This document shows, one piece after another, positions 37,288 to 49,030 of a stretch of 64,000 nt of DNA. Each line of letters begins with the position of its first letter. The first letter of the stretch is position 1. Under the pieces are notes generated by a model. That model did not search any database and was not told the DNA's origin. It worked only from the letters and a program-made list of their open reading frames with translations. The position numbers and the translations under genes were made by a program. The DNA is taken from NCBI RefSeq assembly GCF_016433145.1, contig NC_058133.1, forward strand, positions 186,122,141-186,186,140, in the 5' to 3' direction. The DNA is from Gracilinanus agilis. Taxonomy: Eukaryota.

Positions 37288-37470
37288 CAGTGAGGTGGCT
37301 TGGTGGATTGAGAGTTGGTCCTGGTTCGAATAGGGCATTAGACATTTCCTAGCTGTGTGACCCTGGGCAAGTCACTGAACCTCTACATTGCCTACCTCTA
37401 CAACTCTTCTGTCTTGAAATCAATGTACAGTACTGATTCTAAGATAGAAGACAAGGATTTAAAATAAAAA
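37288..37470 (+). mobile_element. SINE1_Mdo-type SINE
   Basis: ggtggcttggtggattgagag...ctgtgtgaccctgggcaagtcactgaacc...gattctaagatagaagac. Confidence 0.85.
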
Positions 37471-39139
37471 TTTTTCCTTTTAAAAATCCAGATAAAATCC
37501 TATCCATGTCCTGCCTAGCTGGTTTGACTCTTGTTCATTTCCTCCCAAAAGCTTGCCATGAAAAAGGAAAAAAAATTGAAGAAATGAAATATACATATAT
37601 AATAGATACATACAAATATTTCTCAGAGCCAAATTTTTCCAGTTATATGGCAATCTCCCAGGTATAAGCAATTTTTTAAAATTTGCATTTATTTGTTTGT
37701 TTGTTTATTTTTTTAATTTAAATATTTTATTTTTTTAGAAAAATTTTCCATGGCATTCTCAGTCACAAAGTAAAAGAGCACTATTGCAAGGGGATTAAGC
37801 CAGGAATCCAAAGGATGCGTGTTCAAGCCTTACCTTTGACACTTTACTAGCTATATTAGTCTGGGTAAGTCACTCCCAGTGCCCTAGGCAGCGTTTGAAG
37901 ACTATAAATTCAGAGAGGGGTTGCCAGTCTTTATTGGCTAAACAATTTCCTCACTCGGAGCTGACATTATTAGTGCAGAACAAATCCCCACTTACATACA
38001 TTACATGAACACTAGGATTCACTCAATCATTCCCCTGTTGCTGATAGCATATTGTTTCAAGCTTTTTTTCATTGCAGATAATGTCGTAGTAAGAATTTTG
38101 GAATCTGGGGTCAGCCAAACTCACTTGAAGGTCATCCCTTAGACAGCTACTTAAATTTTTCCCTTATTTAAATTTTTCCTGAGTCTTTGGTGATCTGGGG
38201 AGAGATGGGTTTGGATGTTCTCTCATTAATTATTAAAATTTCAACATAACTGTCAATCAACCACGCACAGAGCCCCCATCCCAACTCATCAAAATTATCT
38301 ATCTGGTAAACATGAAAAAAATTACTTTCCCAGTGGTAGTTACTCTTTTCTCTCAATAATTTCATTCCCTTGATTGCCTGAATCGAATGGATATTAAAGT
38401 CACTGAATGTACAATTTATTAACAATGAATTCTCAATAATGAAACAAAGATGCTGATAACTATTTATACATTTTTTTTTACTGTGAGAAAGATCATAAAC
38501 AAATCATCCCATGCCCTCACTTAAATGAAACATGTCTTCTCCTCTGAGAGCACAGCCTCACACCATTTAGTACATTCAGGATAACAAATAAAATCTATTC
38601 ACAAAAATATTTTTCATTCTTCTTGCAAAATAAAGGTTACAATAGTTTTATAAAGCAAGAAGCTATCTCCATCTTGTTTCTCTGTCTTCTCCAGTTTATT
38701 TCTAGTCTTGATAAGAAAAACAGTCTCTTCAGTCTCTCTCGACCATTCACTCTAGTCTCTCTCTAGACTCATTATTCACAAAATTATCTTTATAATATTT
38801 CCTCATAAAATAATAGTTATGACGGTTCCAACTAGAAAGAAGTTTTTCCTTGCCTTTACTCTATCTGTCTTCTCCACAGTTTATCTCACAGATGGTCATA
38901 GATCAAAGTCAGATTCTCTCATACTTTCTCTGACTCTGTAATCAAAAACATCTCCTAGAATGACAATTACAACATTAACTTCCTTTCCTTTTGTCAAAGA
39001 AACAAAAACACTTTCTATAAATTCTATAGGAGAAGCTTTTGAGATAAACATTACAATGCTAGTTTAAAAATTTCAATTAAATAAGTAGAAAGCTTTATTT
39101 AGGGTGATGTAGAGGTGATAATTAGAATTTGAAAGCTAA

Positions 39140-39700
39140 TTCTATAAAATAAGAAACAATATAAATACAAGACATAGATTGGAAAATATTTATGAAAAAA
39201 GGACCAATAAAAAAATCTCAACGTCATATAAGGAATTATTAAAATTTACAAAGGTAAATTCCAGTCTATAATGGAGAAATGGGCAAAAGAGAAAAGCAAA
39301 TTCTTAGTAATTCCTTTTAAAATGATGAACCTCACTAATAATCAAGATGTACAAATTAAAACAACTTTAAGGTACCACCTCAGATCCCATCAAACTGGCA
39401 AAAAAATGTAATTAAAAGAAATGAAACTCAATGTTGGTAGAGTTGTAGAGGAACAAGTACATAATTCATTGCTTTTTTTTAAATGATTTTTAAAATGAGC
39501 AGAATCTTTTTTTGAAGGCAATCTGGCAGGTTTTTAATGAAAATTACAAAAATAATAATCCCCTTTGATCTGATAATCCTATTGTTTAGAATAGACCAGG
39601 AAAGTATTATAAAAAACAAATAAAAATTGAGCCCCCTGTTCAAAAAATCACTTTTCAGTAAAGCATCCCTGTGAGCAGTTTTCATCATGGCCAGGTCTAA
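39140..39700 (+). mobile_element. Old L1 ORF2 fragments
   Basis: aaatgggcaaaag...aaattaaaacaactttaaggtaccacctcag motifs. Confidence 0.6.
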
Positions 39701-41051
39701 AATCTAGAGCCAAATGCCTAAAGACAAATAAATTACCCAGGGGACTACTCAGACCATGAAAATGTACCCAAATAAAGTACCACTGTAGTAACATGAAAGT
39801 ATAGGGGCAACCAGAAGGATAAAAGTCTCACAGATCCATCTATGGTCTTTACCAGAGGAATATTCTCCCATGAATCCAAGGGAATGTAGCTTTTCAGTGA
39901 ATACTCATTCAAAACAAGGAAATGAGATAATAAAAATAACAGTGTTTATATGGTATTAGAGATTTTATGACATTTTACAATATTTTTCTCTTTTTTGATC
40001 CTCACAACAACCCCAGGAGGTAGACGCTATTGTGATCCTCATTTGACAGATAAGGAAACTAAGACCCAGGATTTGTCCCAGGTCACACATCCTGTAAATG
40101 AAATTGTAATTGAACTCAGTTCTTTCTAACTCCAGGTCCAGTGATCTATATACTATGTCATCTAAATATCTAAGATTGGGCCACTGGGTCATTGGGTGCT
40201 CTTTGTCATGGATAGGAGTGGCAAGACCATGGCACAGTCCTAAATCTCTTTCAGTGGGTCTGTTGTAACATTTCCCTATGGGTAGCATAGGACTTGTCTC
40301 AAGCTAAATTAATATTTACATTTTCAGGTCTTTTCTCTTCTTCTCACCCATTACCTTCAGTTAAATATGCATTGTTCACATTTCAAAGCCAACAAATATT
40401 GTAAAAAGATAAGCATGATGTCTTGCTAAGATATCTGATAACCAGCTGGGTTTCCAAAGCAGAAAACTGATGGACAAACTTGGCCTGGCTGCCAAGTAGA
40501 ATGACCAGTCACTCCCTCCATGGTTATTTGCTTTTTCCCTTATTTCCAGTTCATTCCAAATGGCCAGGGATCACACCAACACAAGCCAGTCAAGAGCTAC
40601 GGTGCATTGAATCACCTCTGCCAAACTCTATGTTTGCTGGAATTCCCTGTCAGTCAGTGAGTGAACCAGTATTTATTAAGTGCTGTATTTAGTAAGTATT
40701 TATTAAGAATTCAAATAAGTGATGACCCTAGTGATGGAGAGTGGTAGAAAGATCACCAAACTTGGATTCAAAAAGCCTTAATTCAAGTTCCAATTCTGCC
40801 TCTTCTTTTACTGGCTCTGTGACCTTGAACAACTTACTTCAATAGCCTGAGTCCCAGTCTCCTAGTCTCTAAAATGAATATTTTGGACTAGATAGTCCCT
40901 GAGGTCCTTCTGGCATTGTGGTCTGTGAGTCTAAACCTATCAACCCACTAGCTCTTTCAGATCTCAAAATAATTAAGATTCAGTAGAATAACTACATTGT
41001 GTTCTAAACCCAAGATTTACAGATTATCTCTTTTCAAAAAAGCACATTGAG

Positions 41052-41262
41052 GGGGCAGCTGGGTAGCTCAGTGGTTTGAGAGTCAGGCCTAAAGAAGGGA
41101 GTCCTAGGTTCAAATCTGGCCACAGACACTTCCCAGCTGTGTGACCCTGGGCAACTCACTTGACCCCCATAGCCCACCCTTACCACTCTTCCACTGAGGA
41201 GCCAATACACAGAAGTTAAGGGTTTGAAAAAAAATGGATCTCAGTGTCAGAAAATGATTATT
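41052..41262 (+). mobile_element. Young SINE1_Mdo SINE
   Basis: ggggcagctgggtagctcagtgg...gagccaatacacagaagttaagggttt; 16-bp TSD aaaaaagcacattgag. Confidence 0.95.
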
Positions 41263-41405
41263 AAAAAAGCACATTGAGTAGAATTGTTAGTCACTACTAT
41301 TAGAGTAGTGGAGTAAGTGGTATATTAGAGGTAATGAGTGACCCAGTGAAAAAACAATGGTTCTAGAATCAAAGCATGAGGGTTTAGATCCCAACTCTAA
41401 CTCTT

Positions 41406-42105
41406 TTTTTAAATTTTTATTTAATTAATTGATTTAGAATATTTTTCCATGGCTACATGATTCATGTTCTTTCCCTCCCCTTCTCCTACCCACCTCCCAT
41501 AGCCAACGCACAATTCTACTGGGTTTTGCATATGTCATTGATCAAGAGACCTATTTCCATATTATTATTATTTGCATTAGGGTGATCATTTAGCGTCAAT
41601 ATCCCCAATTATATCGCCATCGACCCATGTGATCAAGCAGTTGTTTTTCTTCTCTGTTTCTAGTCCCACAGTTCTTTCTCTGGATGTGGGATAGCGTTCT
41701 TTCTCATAAGTCCCTCAGAATTATCCTGGATCATTTCATTGCTGCTAGTACATAAGTCCATTACATTTGATTATGCCACAGTGTATCCATCTCTGTGTAT
41801 TAGTTTCTCCTGGTTCTGCTCCTTTCACTCTGCATCAATTCCTGGAGGTCTTTCCAGTTCACATGGAATTCCTCCAGTTCATTATTCCTTTGAGCACAAC
41901 AGTATTCCATCACCAGCATATACCACAACTTGTTTGGCCATTCCCCAATTGAAGGGCATTCCCTCATTTTCCAATTTTTTGCCATCACAAAGGGCGTGGC
42001 TATAAATATTTTTGTACAAGTCTTTTTCCTTATTATTTCTTTGGGGTATAAACCCAGCAGTGGTATGGCTGGATCAAAAGGCAGATAATCTTTTAAAGCC
42101 CTTAT
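41406..42105 (-). mobile_element. 5'-truncated L1 (ORF2 end plus 3' UTR)
   Basis: Minus ORF PFDPAIPLLGLYPKE...CPSIGEWPNKLWY; 14-bp TSD caactctaactctt (41392-41405, 42106-42119). Confidence 0.95.
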
Positions 42106-42145
42106 CAACTCTAACTCTTATTACCATTTTGATCTTTACCACATG

Positions 42146-42797
42146 TGTGAAATAATTTGACACCTATGCTTATTTCCAATCAATATTATTCAGTGCAGTG
42201 TGATTTTCATAAGGGATGTGATCAATTCTTTTATTTCTGTCCCTTAATATATTTATAGTTAGGGTAGTTTCATCAACTAATGTGAACCAATACATTTTGC
42301 TTTAGTTAAGTTAAAAAGATTCCTGTTTTTATCAGATCTTTTAGGCTAAGAGTCATGAGCACACACTTGCTTAACCACAAAACTGTCCTAGCTAGAGGAC
42401 CTCCACCCATGTGACTTGATGAGTAAGTGCCCGGATGGGGAAGGACATTTCCAGATAGCCAGGCCAGCCCTCCACCCTCTGGAGTTTTCCCTGTTACTCA
42501 GCCTGTGGAGATTCCATTGCCCATCATATGACTCTTTAGTCAACAATGGAAGTAGATCCTGCCCATCCAATTGGGGAGATGACTTGTCTTGCCTCTCTTG
42601 TGACCACTTGCAGAAAATCCCCTAGTTATTTTAGGAGCCCCTTGACCCTTTATCATTTCCCTTTTGCCCAACTAGGGGTGGTATTCTATCCACCTATTCT
42701 TACTCAGCCTTGGGTAGAGATCTGCCCATCTGTTACTCTGTGACCATTAAAGTGTCGGAGGGATCACCAATGAAATTTTGTATCTTATTCTGTACCA
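42146..42797 (+). mobile_element. Probable solo LTR
   Basis: TG...CA termini, ATTAAA near the 3' end, LTR-like composition; TSD not resolved. Confidence 0.45.
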
Positions 42798-43535
42798 TAT
42801 GGATCATCTATGAAATATAGCTTACAAAAATCTATACTGGAGAGGAAAGGGGCATTTCAGATCATGCAGAAGATCTGAGGTCCTATTGATAAAAGGAGGC
42901 CTTTAGTAAATTAAACAAATAATTAAACATATTACTGATTGATTGAGTAATTAATAACTATTGTCTAGGAGCTCTGCCTCAGTTGTTTTATTGCAGATTG
43001 GAATGATTTTTTTCCACGACACACATCACTTAACTTCTTTGGGCCTCAGTTTCCTAATAAGTACATATGGTATTTGATTAGTTAACCTCTGAGGTCTTTT
43101 GTAATTTTGGGTCTATGATCAAACTACACATTGATGCCATGGAATAGATGGTAATATCAAAGGTCTACAGGTTAGTTTAGAACTAGAAGGGATTGGGGGG
43201 CATCAAGTCCAACCCCCTCATTTCATAAATGAGAGAACTGAAGCACTGAGAGATTAGGTGGCTTGTTAAACAGCTAGTAGATATTAGAGTTGGGATTTGA
43301 ACACACATCTTCCTGACCCCAAGTCTAATTCTCTATTCACTCTACCATGTTGCCTCTCTCTTAGATCCAAACAGAAAATGACTTCCCTGTTACCTGAAGA
43401 AATTAAGTCCAGTTACCTATCTCTTGGCATTACACTCATGTTCTCAAAGATTGGAAGAGGCCTTCAAGATCATCTAAGTCTGACCTCATTACAGAGGTGA
43501 AAACTGTTATAGGGAGTTATCAGCTCCTCCCATAC

Positions 43536-43573
43536 TTGATAATGTAATGGGAACCATGATGGATTTCACTATT
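43536..43573 (-). CDS. Candidate exon, NSEIHHGSHYII (unidentified)
   Basis: Acceptor tatattttttcatttgtag; donor aa|gtatgg; 38 nt; phase 0-2. Confidence 0.25.
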
Positions 43574-43772
43574 CTACAAATGAAAAAATATAATGAAGTG
43601 TCCTAATTCCCACCTTTCTTTGATATCATTATTATCACTGGTAACTGATTAGTGATACCTGAGTCTTAATCTTTTACCCTTCTTGACAGAACCCTGATAG
43701 GAATCATATACCTTCTTTTGCATGGAGAGGAAAATGGTGAACTAACCTGACATTCCCCCATCTTGCTCTTAC

Positions 43773-43820
43773 CAGCACAGGAAAAATGCCCAATGAGTCA
43801 TTGGACTGAAAGATAACTTC
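43773..43820 (-). CDS. Candidate exon, EVIFQSNDSLGIFPVL (unidentified)
   Basis: Acceptor cctgtcccctatttgtcatag; donor ctg|gtaaga; 48 nt; phase 0-0. Confidence 0.3.
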
Positions 43821-44231
43821 CTATGACAAATAGGGGACAGGATCCTCAAAATTGTGAATCCCCAAAAGCCAAGTGGACCAATATGACCTATTAAACAATT
43901 AGAAAAAAATATTTTAAATATGGCAGCATAAAGGAGAGGGGAGGGGAAGGAGAACCAGCTAAATGGATAACAGTCACAAAATTAAATCTCAGGTAACGAA
44001 GTGTTAATATGATAACAAGATGTTAGTACTCAATGATCCTTTTATAAAATGTGAAAAATTCTTTCTCTTTTTGATTGACTCCATTTTCAAGCATGGAGTC
44101 AGGTAGTTGGAGAGTTGGATTTGACATCATATATTGAAATTATACAGAGAGAGATAAAGGGCAGGGGTTTTCTTTTTTTTTTTTACAATAGCAAATTCAA
44201 AGCCACAATGAATAAATCACGTTCTCTTCAC

Positions 44232-44312
44232 CTGGATAGGGTCCATCTGACTTCCTTTGTTCCAAATGGACTTCTTCCTGGCAGTGTTTCTAATGGGACG
44301 CCAATGCATTAT
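44232..44312 (-). CDS. Candidate exon, IMHWRPIRNTARKKSIWNKGSQMDPIQ (unidentified)
   Basis: Acceptor gtttcctcttttgcatctacttgtag; donor cag|gtgaag; 81 nt; only the phase-0 frame is open. Confidence 0.3.
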
Positions 44313-44666
44313 CTACAAGTAGATGCAAAAGAGGAAACATACTGAGCACATAACACAGGTTGATCAAAAGTGGTTAGGCATTGCTTTTGGAATTCTGCTC
44401 TTAGATGGAGCTTTCTGTTTCTCTTTCGTGCCTGCCATCATTGCTATCCCAACCCAATGCTTCTTACCTCCCCTCACTACTCAAAAACAGGAACCTAGCA
44501 GCTCAGCTCCTACTGTTTCTCTCTTTGCCTGTGGACCACTCTTCAGTAGGGAGTAGGGTGCCTTTCTGCCAAGCTTCCCCTCTAACTAGTAGCAAGAAAT
44601 TGAAAGCAAATACTCATTTTTCCTTCCAGGTAAACTTGAGGGAATAGCAAAACCCTAGCTTTGGTA

Positions 44667-44670
<4 letters not shown>

Positions 44671-44721
<51 letters not shown>

Positions 44722-44845
44722 CTCTCTCTTTCCCTCTCTCCCTGTTCTTTATCCCTTTCTTTCTCTCTTCCCACCTCCCTCTTTATCCCTTTCTCTCTCT
44801 CCCCTTCTTTATCTTTCCCTCTCTCTAGCTCTCTCTCTCTCTGGC
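44671..44845. repeat. (CT)n microsatellite and CT-rich tract
   Basis: Perfect CT run 44671-44718, then imperfect. Confidence 0.95.
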
Positions 44846-44982
44846 TTTCATAAGTTAGAGCAAACTAAAATTAGAAAAAATATTTAACCATATAATTAAT
44901 ATAGAACATGCTCCTTACAATGCATTTCCATTAAGTTTTCTTAAAATTAATTGATATTTGATGTAGTGATATCTTTAATTTG

Positions 44983-45198
44983 GGTAGCTGAGTTGAGCAG
45001 TGGATAGCAGAAGGACCCAAGTTCAAATCTGACCTCAGACACTTACTAGCTCTGTGATCCTGTCCAAGTCACTTAATCCTGTTTGCTTCAGTTTCTTCAT
45101 CTGTAAAATTAGTCAGAGAAGGAAATGACAAACCACTCCAGTATCTTCACCAAGAAAACCCCAAATAGTGTCACAAAGAATCTGAAACAACAGAACCA
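44983..45198 (+). mobile_element. Marsupial CORE-SINE (MAR1-like)
   Basis: Head, CORE block, caagaaaaccccaaatagtgtcac body. Confidence 0.85.
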
Positions 45199-46159
45199 CA
45201 ATCTTTCATTCTAAGCTTGATATGAACTAAGCATTCTCTTTGGATGAATAATTATGAATATTATATTTCTTGAAATTGTGGAAGTGGGATAGGAAATATT
45301 AGGGAATTTTTCAAGAATATGACACCTATGATTTCATTGGTATAAAGAATTTTTATCCAGGAAATTTCATCTATCAATGTATATCTGAAACTATTCTGAA
45401 CCTTAGTTTTAGAAAACTTCCTAGGCTTCAGACTGAGACATACCTGTTTCGGTTATAACCAAATTTTTTTGGTTTACTATATATATTCCTGACAAGGGCT
45501 TGGCTTGGCTTGGCTTTTTCAAAGCAGGTAGAGGTGAGGAAATCGGGTTTTTTTTGTTCATTGAAAAATATTAATTAAGTTTTTTCTAACAAAAAGAAAG
45601 CTTAGAGCATTGAAAGATTGAATTATTTGCCCAGGGTCACACAGACAAGATACATCAGAGGTAAGGCTTGATCCCAGGACAGCTAGGCTAACTCTCCATC
45701 CACTAGATCACACTGTTTCTCCAGCTATTTTTATTAGGCAAATTTTTTTTGGTACAAAAAGAATGCTATTGAGAATTTCTCCCGTTATAAGATAAGGATT
45801 TTTATTTCTATTACATAGAAGCTATTATTGATAGGTCTGTGTGTTGTTGGAGCTAATGATTCCCTAATGGTCTGTGTGCTTGGCTTTTCAGCATATGCTA
45901 GACTATTAGGCTTGCTCCTAAGCTAAGAATTCCCTTATAGTTTTGTGGGGATAACTTTTTCTGGCATGTTAAAGCCACAACATTTAATAAATACTTATTG
46001 GATTTGATTGAGCCTAGTTGTACTGCTTTGCATTGAATTAAATATGATTTAATGCTCCCTCTGGGTAGGTTGGAAGAAGGCAGGGGAAAAGACAGAAACA
46101 AAGGCAGGCAGATGGTGACAGAGACAGAGATAGAAAGACAGAGTGACAGTGGCAGAAGG

Positions 46160-46356
46160 AAGCTAGCCAGCTCAGTGGATTGAGAGTCAGGCCTAGAAAC
46201 TGGAGGTTCTGGGTTCAAATCTGATCTCAGACACTTCATAGCTGTGTGACCCTGGGCAAGTCACTTAACCCCCATTGCCTAGCCCTGACTGCTCTTTTGC
46301 CTTGGAACTAATACACAATATTGATTCTAAGATGGAAAGTAAGGTTTTAAAAAAAG
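46160..46356 (+). mobile_element. SINE1_Mdo-type SINE
   Basis: gctcagtggattgagagtcaggcctagaaactggagg...taaggttttaaaaaa. Confidence 0.92.
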
Positions 46357-46504
46357 GGAAGGAGGCAGAAACAGAGAGCCAAAAGCAAATAAAGATAGAG
46401 ACATGGCCAGAGACAGAAACAGAGAGACAGTGATGGGCAAGGACGGTGGAAGACAGATACAGAAAAACAGGTAGTGACAAAAGACAGACAAGGACAGAGT
46501 CAGA

Positions 46505-47085
46505 TTTCTTTTCTTTTTATTTTATTAATTAATTTATTCATTTATTACATATATATATTACATTAAAATTCCCAGGTATCTCCCACCTTCCCTCCCTTCC
46601 CCACATTAGAGGAGGTATCATTTAACAAAAACATATATACATATATATGTAATTATGTCTTATTTATTTCAATTTTTCAGTTCCTTCTCTGGAGGTGGGC
46701 ATACACAAGTAATTCTTCAAATAAAACTTCTATTGCCGTATATAATATTCTCTTGGTTTTACTGGCTTTGGTCTTCATAATTTCATACAGGTCATTCCAT
46801 GTTTTTTCTAAAACTAACCTGTTCATCATTTCTTACAGCACAGAAGTCTTCTAACACAATCATATGCCACAATTTGTTTATCCATGTCCCAATTTATGGG
46901 CATTCCTTCAATTTCCATTTCTTTGCCACCACAAAGAGAGTCACAAATACTACAATTTTTAATAAATATTTTAGAACATATAGGTTCTTTTCCTTTTTCC
47001 CTGATCATCTTAGGAAATAAGCCTAATAGTGATATTAGGTCAAAAAACATACACAGTTTTATATTTCTTCAGGCATAATTCCACG
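46505..47085 (-). mobile_element. Old L1 3' fragment
   Basis: Minus ORF ...CSKIFIK...SLCGGKEMEIEGMPINW; T-rich tail at the left. Confidence 0.8.
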
Positions 47086-47614
47086 TTGAAGAGTGTCAGA
47101 TTTCTACAAAATTCCTTGGACATGAGGGAATGTGTCACAGTAGACAAAGGTCTGGGCCTGAAGTCAGGAAAGAAGTGTAATTGAAATCCTCTCTCTGATA
47201 TCTATGTTGTGACTTTGAGAGAGCCATTTAACCTCTCTGCTCCTCAGTTTCCTCATCCATAAAGTGGGGATACTAATACTCACACTCTCTACCCCATACT
47301 TGTGCTGTAAAGATTATATGAAATGCTGTACATGAAGGAATTTGCAAACTCCAAAGGAATATGTAAGGATCAGCCATCATTGACTATTCTAGAAACCTAA
47401 ATTTTCTTTTTCTTTTTAGTCCAGTTGTGATTTCATCCATATAGAGAACTCCGGCAAGGAAACTACCAAGCAAAGACAAATCAGCAACTATTCCGCAGCT
47501 TGCTTTCATTGATAGTTGCCTGGGAAAGGAAAGGGAAGGAAACAAGCATTTATTAAACATCTACAATGTGCCAGGCACTGTGAGAAGTGCATTGCAAATA
47601 TCTCTCATTTGATC

Positions 47615-48035
47615 GTGGGTTCAAGGCAGGCAAGTGCTGGAGTCAGCTCTAAGTGGCCAAAAGTCGAGTTTTCAGTGTAGGTATTTATATCTCAGAATTC
47701 CGTTATTGTTACAAATCAGTGCCTCATATTTGGTTGATTTCTAGACTTGAGGAAGTATAAGGGGGCACCTAGGTGGCTCAGTGGATAGAGCACCACGCCT
47801 GGAAAGACAGGAGGATCTGGATTCGAATTTGACCTCAGACACTTCCTAGCTGTGTGACTCTGGGCAAGTCACTTAAACCCCATTGCCAAACCTTCACCAC
47901 TCTTCTGCCTTAGAATTGCTTCTGTCTTAGCATTGATTCCAAGAGGAAAGATAAGGGTTAAAAAAAGTGTAAATAATACAGATTAAGCTTTTTCCTCAGG
48001 GATGCTGGTCATTAAACATTTATCAGCAGGTTCTT
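47615..48035. mobile_element. Old non-autonomous DNA-transposon-like element split by a SINE
   Basis: gtgctggagtcagct...aaatcagtgcctc...ctagacttgaggaagt, resuming after the SINE with ...ttaaacatttatcagcag; family assigned from recall only. Confidence 0.4.
47761..47963 (+). mobile_element. SINE1_Mdo-type SINE
   Basis: Complete body; flanks aagtataa/aagtgtaa. Confidence 0.9.
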
Positions 48036-48811
48036 GGACTGTGCCTGGGACACTAAGAGATGACTTGCTTTGCCAGGAGTTCCTTGGTCATAATAGCAGA
48101 GGGAAGAGAAGACAATGGAAGACTCAAATCTAGTTCCTGACTCAGAGTAGTTCTCCATCTGATTATATCATATTACATTTTTTTAGTCACACTGGATTTT
48201 CGAGTAAGAAAATTCTATTTGAGATAAAAGCAAAAAATTGTAGTGTCCACATTTGACCTCTAAAGATGACCCCCAATTTTTATGCATCTCAATTTTACCT
48301 GATTTTTGGAAGCCACTTGACCCAGTTAGTTAAAGCCTGGTATTAATGAGGATGAGGTCATGGGTGCCATGTCCATAATGGCCATACAGCTTTGCATGGA
48401 GAAATGCCATAGGGAAAATCAATGTCCCTGAGCTATACTCTGCAGCCTGATGTGAATCACAGAATCTTGACTTCGGAGCCAAGGAAGAAATTAAAGGGCA
48501 GAATTAAGAGTTAGTCATCCTGCCGTATTTGCTTTTGTTTTTCTGTCCCCACAATTTGGCACATAGTTAGTACTTTATAAGGAAGTACTTATTAGTCCTT
48601 ATGAATAAGCCCTTACTTTTTTAAGTACTTCCTTAAAGTAAGTACTTTGTGCCAAGTCTGGGGGACACAAATAAAAAAGCAGAAATGGTAGGACTACAAA
48701 CATTAACTCTGATCTTTAATTGACTAGCAATTTATGGAAGGCAACACCTAAATAAAGTACTTACCCATGAAGTACTTACAAATAAGTTCTTGACTAATTA
48801 ATAAGTATTTG

Positions 48812-49030
48812 TTCATTGTTTTTGTCCAATCATGTCTGCCTCTTCATGATCTGCCATGGACCTTACTGTCCATGGCAAAAATACTGAAATGGTTTGCCAT
48901 TTCCTCCTCTAGCAGATTGAGGCAAATTGAGGTTAAGTGATTTGTCCAGGGTCACATAGCTAGTAAGTATCTGAGATCAGATCTGAACTCAGGTCTTCCT
49001 CCCCCAAGGCCCAGGTTCTATCCACTAGCC
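48812..49030 (-). mobile_element. Marsupial CORE-SINE
   Basis: ttgtccaatcatgtctgcctcttcatga...ggttaagtgatttgtccagggtcaca. Confidence 0.8.
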
